In this document: positions 1-9,685 of the stretch, one piece after another
How positions within the stretch are numbered: position 1 is the stretch's first letter
Layout: every line of letters begins with the position of its first letter
Assembly (NCBI GenBank): GCA_000146045.2
Contig: BK006945.2
Coordinates: 96,001 to 160,000, forward strand
Origin: TPA_inf: Saccharomyces
Lineage: Eukaryota
DNA: 64,000 nucleotides
Direction: 5' to 3'
Made by a program: the position numbers and the translations under genes
The notes under the pieces: model-generated
Database searches by the model: none
What the model was told of the DNA's origin: nothing
Seen by the model: the letters and a program-made list of their open reading frames with translations, nothing else

Positions 1-870
1 AGACTTACCAGTACCCTTTTCGACGGCGGAAACATTCAAAATACCGTTAGAGTCGACATCGAAAGTGACTTCAATTTGTGGGACACCTCTTGGAGCTGGT
101 GGAATACCACTCAATTCGAACTTACCCAACAAGTTGTTGTCCTTAGTCTTGGCTCTTTCACCTTCAAAGACTTGAATCAAGACACCTGGTTGGTTGTCAG
201 CATAAGTAGAGAAAACTTCGGATTTCTTAGTTGGAATGGTAGAGTTTCTTGGAATCAACTTGGTCATGACACCACCAGCAGTTTCAATACCCAAGGATAA
301 TGGAGCGACATCCAACAACAATAGATCTTGAGTCTTGGAAGATTCGTCACCAGTCAAAATAGCAGCTTGAACAGCAGCACCGTAAGCAACAGCTTCATCT
401 GGGTTGATAGATCTGTTTGGTTCCTTACCGTTGAAGTAGTCAGTGACCAATTTTTGGACCTTTGGAATTCTGGTAGAACCACCGACCAAGACAATTTCAT
501 CGACTTGAGATTTATCCAATTTAGCATCTCTCAAGACCTTTTCAACTGGGTCCAAAGTAGATCTGAACAAGTCAGCACACAATTCTTCGAATCTGGCTCT
601 GGTGATGGAAGTGTAGAAATCGATACCTTCGAACAAAGAGTCAATTTCAACGGAAGTTTGAGCGGAGGAAGACAAAGTTCTCTTGGCTCTTTCACAAGCA
701 GTTCTTAATCTTCTCAAAGCTCTTTGGTTGGTAGACAAGTCCTTCTTGTTCTTTCTCTTGAATTCTTGGATGAAGTGGTTGACCAATCTGTTGTCAAAAT
801 CTTCACCACCCAAATGGGTGTCACCAGCGGTGGCCTTAACTTCAAAGATACCGTCTTCAATGGACAACAA

Positions 871-903
<33 letters not shown>

Positions 904-1485
904 AATCAAGACGTGTTCTTCCTTACCCTTCTTGTCCAAACCGTAAGCAATGGCAGCGGCGGTAGGTTCGTTAATAATACGCAAGACATTCAAACCAGCA
1001 ATGGTACCAGCATCCTTGGTAGCTTGTCTTTGAGAATCGTTGAAGTAAGCTGGGACAGTGACGACAGCGTCATTGACCTTGGCACCCAAGTAAGATTCGG
1101 CAGTTTCCTTCATCTTACCCAAGACCATGGAGGAGATTTGTTCTGGGGTAAAGTTCTTGGTTTCACCCTTAAATTCAACTTGAATTTGTGGCTTACCGTC
1201 AACATCGATCAACTTGAATGGGAAGTGCTTCATATCACCTTGGACTTCTGGGTCATTGAAGTTTCTACCGATCAAACGCTTAGCGTCGAAAACAGTGTTA
1301 GCTGGGTTCATAGCAGCTTGGTTCTTAGCAGCGTCACCAATCAATCTTTCAGTATCAGTGAAACCAACGAAAGATGGAGTGGTTCTGTTACCTTGGTCGT
1401 TGGCAATAATGTCAACACGATCATTAGAGAAGTGAGCAACACAGGAGTAGGTAGTACCTAAATCAATACCGACAGCTTTAGACAT
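1..1485 (-). CDS. SSA2: Hsp70 family cytosolic chaperone, N-terminal ~495 codons (C-terminus runs off window start)
   Basis: Minus-strand translation from ATG (revcomp of cat at 1483-1485) gives [19 protein letters not shown]...[12 protein letters not shown], classic Hsp70 ATPase motifs; SSA2 rather than SSA1 inferred from neighbours POM33/HIF1/SPA2 (YLL023C-YLL021W order). Confidence 0.93.
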
Positions 1486-1613
1486 TGTATAAATATTTCT
1501 GTATAAAATCTGCTTGATCTGTTGGAATTAATCAATTGAAGAATAGAAGTAACTTAAATAAGAGAGTATTATATTTTCAACATTTTTTGGAGAAAACCCA
1601 GCCCAATTGCGGC

Positions 1614-1624
1614 TTATATATAAC
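1614..1624 (-). promoter_or_regulatory. TATA element (TTATATATAA) ~130 bp upstream of SSA2 ATG
   Basis: ggcttatatataacaa seen directly; position appropriate for minus-strand SSA2. Confidence 0.5.
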
Positions 1625-1689
1625 AATTCGTCCACACCTTCCCATAGTGCTTAAGAATGAAATTTCGTCAAAACCTCGAAGCTTTTTTT

Positions 1690-1775
1690 TTCGAAATCTT
1701 CGATGGAATGTTCTAGAAAAAAACTTCGAGAAAGTGAATCGGAAGAACTTCTCGGAAAAAAAAGCTTCGGAAATA
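1690..1775. promoter_or_regulatory. Cluster of heat shock elements (alternating nGAAn/nTTCn units) in SSA2 promoter
   Basis: TTCGAAatcTTCgatgGAAtgTTCtaGAAaaaaacTTCgaGAAagtGAAtcgGAAgaaCTTCtcgGAAaaaaaagcTTCgGAA; >10 GAA/TTC units incl. perfect TTCtaGAA. Confidence 0.8.
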
Positions 1776-1996
1776 CTACGAATAAGGGCCCAAGAGAGAG
1801 TAAGAATGCAGTGCCATGCAGTCAATTCACCACTGTGAGACCGTAAAAGGGTTGGTTGAGTAACTCAATTCAAGGAATAAAGATATAAAATTGATAAAAA
1901 ATATATAACAAATTGTAACAAAAAGCAAAAGAGAGGAGTGGAATGTTATACAAAGTAATTAGAAGGTATTGAACTTGTAAAAAGTAATAATAAAAC

Positions 1997-2836
1997 TCAA
2001 TTCTGCTTCTTGGTCACTTGTGGGGCACCGCTTAAGCGGTACTCAGACAAGCGGATCAAGCTCATTTTAATTGCATTATAAGCTCTTTTGACGAATGGTG
2101 GGATAGATGGGTGGCTTATGATCCCGTCCATTCTAACTCTCCATTGAGCAAAGGCGGCTTTCATGTACTTGGAGTTTTCGTATCTTAACTTAATAAAGAT
2201 GGCGTACACAACAAGTATGATCCAAGACCTTTGGAAGCACAGAATGGCTCTGAAAAGGACCAAAATGAAAATAAGCAGCTCAGCAGTACCGACCCAGTGC
2301 ATGCACAAGTCATTGTACTGAACAACAAACTTGTCGATGAAGCTGAGGATCTTACTTGAATCTTTACTGGAAAGGTGGAAGACTTTTGGTAAGAGAACTT
2401 TTTCAACGTAGATTAAAACATGGAATACAGCAAACGCGAAAAATGGGATTAAGCTGAATGAAAATCTTGGAGTGAACAACCAGAAGTTGGCCAAAACCAA
2501 ATAAAGCACGTCTTCACTCTTTAGGAGTCCAGCAACGCGTGATTTTATGGAAGCCTTAGTGGCAGCGGCATCTTGAGTCTGCAATGGTTCATTGCGGGTG
2601 AAAAATTGCTGGTAAATGATGATACCGAAAGATTCGATGACACCGAGATATGCCGATCTGTAATAAAATTCTGACATCTTGAGCAGGTAAAGAATGGAGC
2701 TGATCAATACGACGGAATGACCGGTAAACCATGCAAACTGCAAGCTCTTGGCTACTGCCATGAACCTTTGCACGAGCGACTTATCTCTGGCAGGGAGGTT
2801 TGGGGGGCCTTGGTTATTAGCGGGTCTTGATGACAT
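1997..2836 (-). CDS. POM33: Transmembrane nucleoporin / TMEM33 family (279 aa)
   Basis: 279-aa ORF MSSRPANNQGPPNLPARDKSLVQRF..., multi-TM hydrophobic segments; size and position between SSA2 and HIF1 match YLL023C. Confidence 0.88.
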   Translation of the reverse strand: MSSRPANNQGPPNLPARDKSLVQRFMAVAKSLQFAWFTGHSVVLISSILYLLKMSEFYYRSAYLGVIESFGIIIYQQFFTRNEPLQTQDAAATKASIKSRVAGLLKSEDVLYLVLANFWLFTPRFSFSLIPFFAFAVFHVLIYVEKVLLPKVFHLSSKDSSKILSFIDKFVVQYNDLCMHWVGTAELLIFILVLFRAILCFQRSWIILVVYAIFIKLRYENSKYMKAAFAQWRVRMDGIISHPSIPPFVKRAYNAIKMSLIRLSEYRLSGAPQVTKKQN

Positions 2837-3043
2837 TATACTGACTATTCTTGGCTAGTGTTTCTTGCTCCTTATGAATAGAGAAAAATGACTTTTTTTA
2901 GATGTAGTAAGTATGTCATTTCAGGGATGGTCTGCTTGCTCTTTAAATATTTTTTCACCCTTTTAAAATGGGGCCCTTTCGCCGTACCAAAGAAGGAGAA
3001 ATATACATTACGTATGTAGGTTGCTACATTTTACACAAAACTA

Positions 3044-4201
3044 TCAATGCCTTCTAGGCTTCTTCTTGACCAGTTGAGAGAGATCATTGAAGTCACCAAG
3101 GGGCTTTTCGAGGGCGGGGAAGCCGATGGAGGTCGTGGGCTGCGAAAGAGGCCTCTTGGAGCCGTGCTGCTGATTTTCTTGCACCTCATCAATATCGTCT
3201 TGAATCTGTGCGAGCCTTGCCTGCTGTAACTCGCTGTCCTTGGGTCTTGTAGTCATGTGTTTTTCAAGCAGAGCCTTGGCATGCTTGAATCTTTTTAGTT
3301 TGTCCTTAGCCGGCACCTGATCAACCCACCTTAAAGCATCACACACCAAAAATTCTGCTTGTATCACCTTCTCAGTTACTTGTTCTGCGGGTTTCAAGGT
3401 CTTGTAATAGCCAAGCGCCTTCAAGTAATGATGAATGGCTCTACTGAACATCTCCGCCTCCCTTTCGATGTCACCCATCAGGATATACACATCACCGATG
3501 CGCAATCTGCTGTTCTCGGTTAGAGATTGGCCATCTGCTGTAGGGCGGCCCAACAGCATCAAGGCCTGCGCCAGTAGGTCCAAAGCATTCTCATACAGAT
3601 CATTTTCAAAGTAAATGTGGAAACCAGACTTGCGAAGTTGCGATACGTCTTCAATTTCATCGTCATGTTCATTCGCTGGACTGAAGTTAGCCAATTCGTG
3701 CAAAGCTAAGCGTTCTTCCTCTTTCTCCACGTTTTCTTCCTCTTCTTCGCTACCTTCGCCACTGTCCTCACTATCACCACTGTCGACATCACCAGTCAAG
3801 TCTTCCTCTTCTTGGTCGAATTGGAACATCCTAGAATTAGGAATTTCTGTTTGACCGTTCTCGTTCCCCTCTTCTCCATTGCTCACATCAGACTCAGGCT
3901 CAGACTCAGACTCAGACCCAGATCCATCGTCACCTGCCAGAAGAGCGTCCCCAAACAGATTACCAGAATTCTGTACTTCCATGTTGTATACAGCTTGTGC
4001 GAATATAGTAAACAGTTCAGGATCAGGCAACAAACCATCTTTTGGGAGAGAGTCCAAAGTTTGTTGGCAGCGTTTAGCAGCTTCTAAGAACTTTTTCTGT
4101 GCGAGTAAATCTTTTGCAATTTGAACCTGTCTTTCCATATCAATTTGAACTTTATGTCTGCTAGTTCCGTTTGCCAACACGTCTTCTGCCCTTAGTTTCA
4201 T
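3044..4201 (-). CDS. HIF1: Hat1-interacting factor, SHNi-TPR (NASP-like) histone chaperone (385 aa)
   Basis: 385-aa ORF with long acidic D/E/S tract (DDGSGSESESEPESD...) interrupting TPR-like region; matches YLL022C size/position. Confidence 0.88.
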   Translation of the reverse strand: MKLRAEDVLANGTSRHKVQIDMERQVQIAKDLLAQKKFLEAAKRCQQTLDSLPKDGLLPDPELFTIFAQAVYNMEVQNSGNLFGDALLAGDDGSGSESESEPESDVSNGEEGNENGQTEIPNSRMFQFDQEEEDLTGDVDSGDSEDSGEGSEEEEENVEKEEERLALHELANFSPANEHDDEIEDVSQLRKSGFHIYFENDLYENALDLLAQALMLLGRPTADGQSLTENSRLRIGDVYILMGDIEREAEMFSRAIHHYLKALGYYKTLKPAEQVTEKVIQAEFLVCDALRWVDQVPAKDKLKRFKHAKALLEKHMTTRPKDSELQQARLAQIQDDIDEVQENQQHGSKRPLSQPTTSIGFPALEKPLGDFNDLSQLVKKKPRRH

Positions 4202-4946
4202 ATTCTGTTACTTCTAGAAGGAGACCTCATCGCCGATGTTACCTCAAAATTGAGTAGAATGAAATAATACAAAATTGGAAAAAACGCGAAACTTCAGTGC
4301 AGTAACATATCGTTCCGACATTCTCTGAGAAGTGGTAAGATTCCACTGCCGGGGAGCTACGAGTGCTCTTGCAAGTTTTTAGACACTGCTATATCCTTCG
4401 ACTACGTAACCCCATTTTTTTATTTTTCTATATAAAAACATGCACTGTATACATATAATCACGTAAGTTCAAGTCGTGCTTAAAACGGGCACAGAAAACT
4501 AACTATGAGTTGCCGTACCATACATAAACTAGGAGAAGGTAGCGCAGTTCTTTTTTTTTACCAAAGGTTTGCACAAAAAAGATGGTCTAACGTAAGTAAG
4601 TTATCAATAAAACTGTTAAAAGTAGTATAAGAATCTTGAGATAGGCTTATTATTATGACTTTTTATGGCGGAAAAGGAAGAAGAAATACTGCGCCGGGTG
4701 ATGCGTGACGCGTTTTTGGAAACGATGAGAATAAACTTTGAAGTATTTTGAGAATAATATTCTATTATCGAGTTCTTTCAGCAGAAAGCAACACATAGCT
4801 ACGTATAGTTCGGTAAGATAAATTTGGTCAGAAGCGTGTGAAAGACGCTGAGAAACCACGTGAGACGAAGATTCAAATCAAGGCGTGAGGAATAACGCAA
4901 TACGAGCCACCGAAACAGAATAAACAAAAGAAAAGAAAGAGTAAAC

Positions 4947-7900
4947 ATGGGTACGTCAAGCGAGGTTTCTCTCGCACATCATAGAGATATCTTCCATTAC
5001 TACGTCTCACTGAAGACTTTTTTCGAGGTGACTGGCGAAAATCGTGACAGGTCAAATTCGACACGAGCTCAAAAGGCCAGAGCCAAGCTGTTGAAGCTAT
5101 CTTCTTCGCAATTTTACGAGCTGAGTACAGACGTGTCCGATGAGCTGCAGAGGAGAATCGGTGAAGATGCTAACCAACCAGATTACCTTTTGCCGAAGGC
5201 AAATTTCCACATGAAAAGGAACCAGGCTAGACAGAAACTGGCCAATCTATCACAAACTCGATTTAATGATTTGTTGGACGATATCCTTTTTGAGATCAAG
5301 AGAAGAGGGTTCGACAAGGATTTGGATGCTCCACGGCCCCCATTACCGCAGCCGATGAAACAAGAGGTCAGCAAAGACAGCGATGATACTGCAAGAACAT
5401 CCACAAATTCTTCCTCTGTGACTCAAGTAGCTCCAAACGTCTCCGTACAACCTTCTTTGGTCATTCCTAAGATGGCATCTATCGATTGGTCTTCTGAGGA
5501 AGAAGAAGAGGAGCAAGTAAAGGAGAAGCCAAATGAACCGGAGGGAAAACAAACAAGCATGGATGAAAAGAAAGAGGCTAAACCTGCTCTAAACCCCATA
5601 GTTACAGATTCTGATCTGCCTGACTCCCAAGTGCTCGCTCGTGATATCACATCAATGGCAAGGACTCCAACAACGACGCATAAAAATTACTGGGACGTTA
5701 ATGATTCTCCAATTATCAAGGTAGATAAAGATATCGATAACGAAAAGGGTCCCGAACAGTTGAAGAGCCCTGAAGTACAACGGGCTGAGAACAATAACCC
5801 TAACTCAGAGATGGAAGACAAGGTTAAAGAACTGACTGATTTAAACAGCGACTTACATTTGCAAATTGAAGATTTGAATGCTAAGTTAGCATCTTTAACC
5901 AGCGAGAAGGAAAAGGAGAAGAAGGAAGAGAAGGAGGAAAAAGAAAAGGAAAAGAACTTAAAGATTAACTACACCATTGATGAAAGTTTTCAGAAAGAAT
6001 TGCTGTCATTAAACTCTCAAATCGGTGAATTATCAATTGAGAATGAAAATTTGAAGCAGAAAATTTCAGAATTCGAACTGCATCAAAAAAAGAATGACAA
6101 CCATAATGATTTGAAAATCACTGACGGTTTTATTAGCAAGTACTCTTCTGCCGATGGGCTCATTCCAGCTCAATACATCTTAAACGCTAACAACTTGATA
6201 ATTCAATTTACTACTAGGCTTTCCGCAGTACCCATAGGCGACTCCACGGCAATTTCCCATCAAATTGGCGAAGAGTTATTTCAAATATTATCCCAGTTAT
6301 CGAACCTAATCTCCCAGCTATTACTATCGGCCGACCTATTACAGTACAAAGATCAGGTCATTTTACTGAAGGCATCATTATCGCATGCGATCACATCGAT
6401 AAGATATTTCTCTGTTTACGGTCCCGTATTAATTCCGAAAATAACTGTGCAAGCTGCTGTTTCAGAGGTTTGTTTTGCCATGTGTAATCTAATTGATTCA
6501 GCGAAAATAAAATCCGATTCAAATGGTGAGAGCACCACCTCTAATGAAGGTAACCGACAGGTATTAGAATATTCTTCACCAACTGCTACCACCCCAATGA
6601 CGCCAACTTTCCCCTCGACTTCTGGAATAAATATGAAGAAGGGGTTTATAAACCCAAGAAAACCAGCATCTTTCTTGAATGATGTGGAGGAAGAAGAATC
6701 TCCAGTCAAGCCATTGAAAATTACACAAAAGGCAATTAACAGTCCGATCATAAGACCGTCATCGTCTAATGGAGTTCCAACAACCTCAAGAAAACCTTCA
6801 GGAACGGGGCTATTTAGTTTAATGATTGATTCATCAATTGCTAAGAATAGCTCCCATAAAGAGGATAATGATAAATATGTCTCGCCCATAAAGGCAGTAA
6901 CATCGGCCTCCAATTCTGCAAGTAGCAATATTTCCGAAATTCCTAAACTAACACTACCTCCACAAGCCAAAATCGGTACTGTTATTCCACCGTCAGAGAA
7001 TCAAGTTCCCAATATTAAAATCGAGAATACAGAAGAGGATAATAAAAGGAGTGACATAACAAATGAAATCTCTGTTAAACCAACTTCTAGCATTGCTGAT
7101 AAACTGAAACAATTTGAGCAAAGTTCCGAAAAGAAATCATCACCAAAGGAAAATCCTATAGCAAAAGAAGAAATGGATTCAAAACCAAAACTATCCAATA
7201 AATTTATCACTTCAATGAATGATGTGTCCACAGATGATTCAAGCTCTGATGGTAACGAAAATGACGATGCAGACGATGATGATGATTTTACCTATATGGC
7301 ATTGAAACAAACAATGAAGAGAGAAGGTTCAAAAATTGAAAAAAATAATGACAGCAAACTACCTGCAAATATAGTGGAACTTGATTTACATGAGTCACCG
7401 GAGTCCGTGAAGATTGAATCTCCTGAATCGATAAAGGAAATCACGTCATCTGAAATGTCTTCAGAAATGCCAAGTAGTTCGCTGCCTAAGAGATTAGTAG
7501 AGGATGTTGAGCCTTCAGAAATGCCAGAGAAGGGCGCATCTGTAGAATCAGTCAGGAAGAAAAATTTTCAAGAACCACTTGGTAATGTCGAATCTCCGGA
7601 TATGACGCAGAAGGTCAAGTCTTTGGGTATGACAGGAAAGGCTGTAGGCCCAGAATCAGATAGTAGGGTCGAATCTCCGGGCATGACAGGACAGATTAAA
7701 TCTTTGAATATGGCAGGAAAAGTTGTAGGCCCAGAAGCAGATAGTAGGGTCGAATCTCCGGGCATGAAAGAGCAGATTAAGTCTTTGGGTATGACAGGAA
7801 AAATTACAGCTCAAGAATCAATCAAGTCCCCGGAAGCGGCTAGGAAGTTGGCGTCATCAGGAGAAGTTGACAAAATTGAATCTCCAAGAATGGTAAGGGA

Positions 7901-9347
7901 AAGCGAGTCCTTGGAGGCAGTAGGCAATACTATCCCCTCAAACATGACAGTGAAAATGGAATCCCCAAATTTAAAGGGAAATACTGTGTCTGAACCTCAA
8001 GAAATAAGGAGAGACATTGCCTCCTCAGAGCCGATAGAGAATGTTGACCCCCCAAAAGTACTAAAAAAGATTGTCTTTCCAAAGGCTGTTAATAGAACTG
8101 GATCACCAAAATCAGTCGAAAAGACTCCATCTTCAGCTACACTGAAAAAGAGCGGGCTCCCAGAACCGAATAGCCAAATTGTTTCTCCTGAATTGGCAAA
8201 AAATTCACCTCTAGCACCGATAAAGAAAAATGTCGAGTTACGAGAAACTAATAAACCACATACTGAGACTATCACTTCTGTGGAACCAACAAACAAGGAT
8301 GCCAATACTTCTTGGAGAGACGCCGACTTAAACCGTACGATCAAACGAGAGGAGGAGGACGAAGATTTTGATAGAGTGAACCACAATATCCAGATCACTG
8401 GTGCATATACGAAAACTGGAAAAATTGATTATCATAAAATACCTGTTGATCGTAAAGCAAAAAGCGAAGCAGAAGTGCATACTTCCGAGGAAGATATTGA
8501 TGAATCAAATAATGTTAATGGAAAAAGAGCTGATGCCCAAATACACATCACTGAAAGAAAGCATGCTTTCGTAAATCCAACTGAAAATTCACAGGTAAAA
8601 AAGACGAGCCACTCACCATTTTTAAACAGTAAACCGGTTCAATACGAGAACTCAGAGTCGAACGGCGGCATTAACAACCACATAAAGATAAAAAATACTG
8701 GAGAAACTACGGCACATGACGAGAAACATTATAGTGATGATGATGATTCTAGCTATCAATTTGTTCCCATGAAACATGAAGAACAAGAACAAGAACAAAA
8801 CAGAAGTGAGGAAGAGGAAAGTGAAGATGACGATGAAGAGGAAGAAGACAGTGATTTTGATGTGGATACATTTGACATTGAAAATCCGGATAATACACTA
8901 TCAGAGTTACTATTGTATTTAGAACATCAAACAATGGACGTCATATCCACGATTCAATCGCTTTTGACATCGATCAAGAAACCACAGGTGACGAAGGGTA
9001 ATTTGAGGGGAGAATCGAATGCAATCAACCAAGTCATAGGTCAAATGGTGGACGCTACTAGCATATCAATGGAGCAAAGCAGAAATGCCAATTTGAAGAA
9101 ACACGGTGATTGGGTGGTGCAAAGTCTAAGAGACTGTTCGCGTAGAATGACAATTTTGTGCCAATTAACTGGCGATGGAATACTAGCGAAGGAAAAGAGC
9201 GATCAAGATTATGCTGACAAAAACTTCAAACAGCGGTTGGCAGGGATTGCGTTTGATGTTGCCAAATGTACAAAGGAGCTGGTAAAAACTGTAGAAGAGG
9301 CAAGTTTGAAGGACGAAATAAATTATTTGAATTCGAAGTTGAAGTAA
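4947..9347 (+). CDS. SPA2: Polarisome scaffold protein Spa2 (1466 aa)
   Basis: N-terminal Spa2-homology domain (MGTSSEVSLAHHRDIFHYYVSLKTFFEV...QFYELSTDVSDELQRR), coiled-coil, internal ~27-aa SPxMTxxxKSLxMxGK repeats, C-terminal conserved block; 1466 aa = YLL021W. Confidence 0.95.
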   Translation: MGTSSEVSLAHHRDIFHYYVSLKTFFEVTGENRDRSNSTRAQKARAKLLKLSSSQFYELSTDVSDELQRRIGEDANQPDYLLPKANFHMKRNQARQKLANLSQTRFNDLLDDILFEIKRRGFDKDLDAPRPPLPQPMKQEVSKDSDDTARTSTNSSSVTQVAPNVSVQPSLVIPKMASIDWSSEEEEEEQVKEKPNEPEGKQTSMDEKKEAKPALNPIVTDSDLPDSQVLARDITSMARTPTTTHKNYWDVNDSPIIKVDKDIDNEKGPEQLKSPEVQRAENNNPNSEMEDKVKELTDLNSDLHLQIEDLNAKLASLTSEKEKEKKEEKEEKEKEKNLKINYTIDESFQKELLSLNSQIGELSIENENLKQKISEFELHQKKNDNHNDLKITDGFISKYSSADGLIPAQYILNANNLIIQFTTRLSAVPIGDSTAISHQIGEELFQILSQLSNLISQLLLSADLLQYKDQVILLKASLSHAITSIRYFSVYGPVLIPKITVQAAVSEVCFAMCNLIDSAKIKSDSNGESTTSNEGNRQVLEYSSPTATTPMTPTFPSTSGINMKKGFINPRKPASFLNDVEEEESPVKPLKITQKAINSPIIRPSSSNGVPTTSRKPSGTGLFSLMIDSSIAKNSSHKEDNDKYVSPIKAVTSASNSASSNISEIPKLTLPPQAKIGTVIPPSENQVPNIKIENTEEDNKRSDITNEISVKPTSSIADKLKQFEQSSEKKSSPKENPIAKEEMDSKPKLSNKFITSMNDVSTDDSSSDGNENDDADDDDDFTYMALKQTMKREGSKIEKNNDSKLPANIVELDLHESPESVKIESPESIKEITSSEMSSEMPSSSLPKRLVEDVEPSEMPEKGASVESVRKKNFQEPLGNVESPDMTQKVKSLGMTGKAVGPESDSRVESPGMTGQIKSLNMAGKVVGPEADSRVESPGMKEQIKSLGMTGKITAQESIKSPEAARKLASSGEVDKIESPRMVRESESLEAVGNTIPSNMTVKMESPNLKGNTVSEPQEIRRDIASSEPIENVDPPKVLKKIVFPKAVNRTGSPKSVEKTPSSATLKKSGLPEPNSQIVSPELAKNSPLAPIKKNVELRETNKPHTETITSVEPTNKDANTSWRDADLNRTIKREEEDEDFDRVNHNIQITGAYTKTGKIDYHKIPVDRKAKSEAEVHTSEEDIDESNNVNGKRADAQIHITERKHAFVNPTENSQVKKTSHSPFLNSKPVQYENSESNGGINNHIKIKNTGETTAHDEKHYSDDDDSSYQFVPMKHEEQEQEQNRSEEEESEDDDEEEEDSDFDVDTFDIENPDNTLSELLLYLEHQTMDVISTIQSLLTSIKKPQVTKGNLRGESNAINQVIGQMVDATSISMEQSRNANLKKHGDWVVQSLRDCSRRMTILCQLTGDGILAKEKSDQDYADKNFKQRLAGIAFDVAKCTKELVKTVEEASLKDEINYLNSKLK
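7587..7829 (+). repeat. Three tandem copies of an 81-bp (27-codon) repeat inside SPA2, flanked by more degenerate copies
   Basis: gtcgaatctccgg(a/g)(t/c)atga...gatagtagg recurs at 7587, 7668, 7749 (period 81); protein VESPxMTxxxKSLxMxGKxVGPExDSR x3. Confidence 0.85.
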
Positions 9348-9685
9348 AGTTAGTAGTATCTAGAGGAGAAAGAAAAGGAAGACAAAGACAATCAATAGAA
9401 TGTATTATGTATGACATATAATAATAATAATTATAATAATAATAATAATAGTAGTAGCAGTAATAATAATATTATTATAGTATATTAAAACAACAAAAAA
9501 TTAGTAAAAATACTATAAATGTTTGAATATGAAGATATATATGTAGGAAGAATTTTTATTGAATATAGAAATTTAAAGAAATATTATTAAAAACCGGAAA
9601 ATGAAAAAGAAGAGTTAAAAAAAAAAAAAACGGAACTAGTAAAAGATGTGAAAAAAAGAAGAGAAAAGTAGAACGAGAACACCCA

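Noticed and set aside
76-1461. Several + strand ORFs (74-245 aa) overlapping the start of the window
   Set aside because: They are antisense to the strongly supported SSA2 Hsp70 reading frame, have low complexity and no recognisable motifs. Long GC-biased Hsp70 coding sequence commonly throws up spurious antisense ORFs.
6416-6970. 184-aa minus-strand ORF inside SPA2
   Set aside because: It lies entirely antisense to SPA2 coding sequence with no motifs and is likely a chance ORF.
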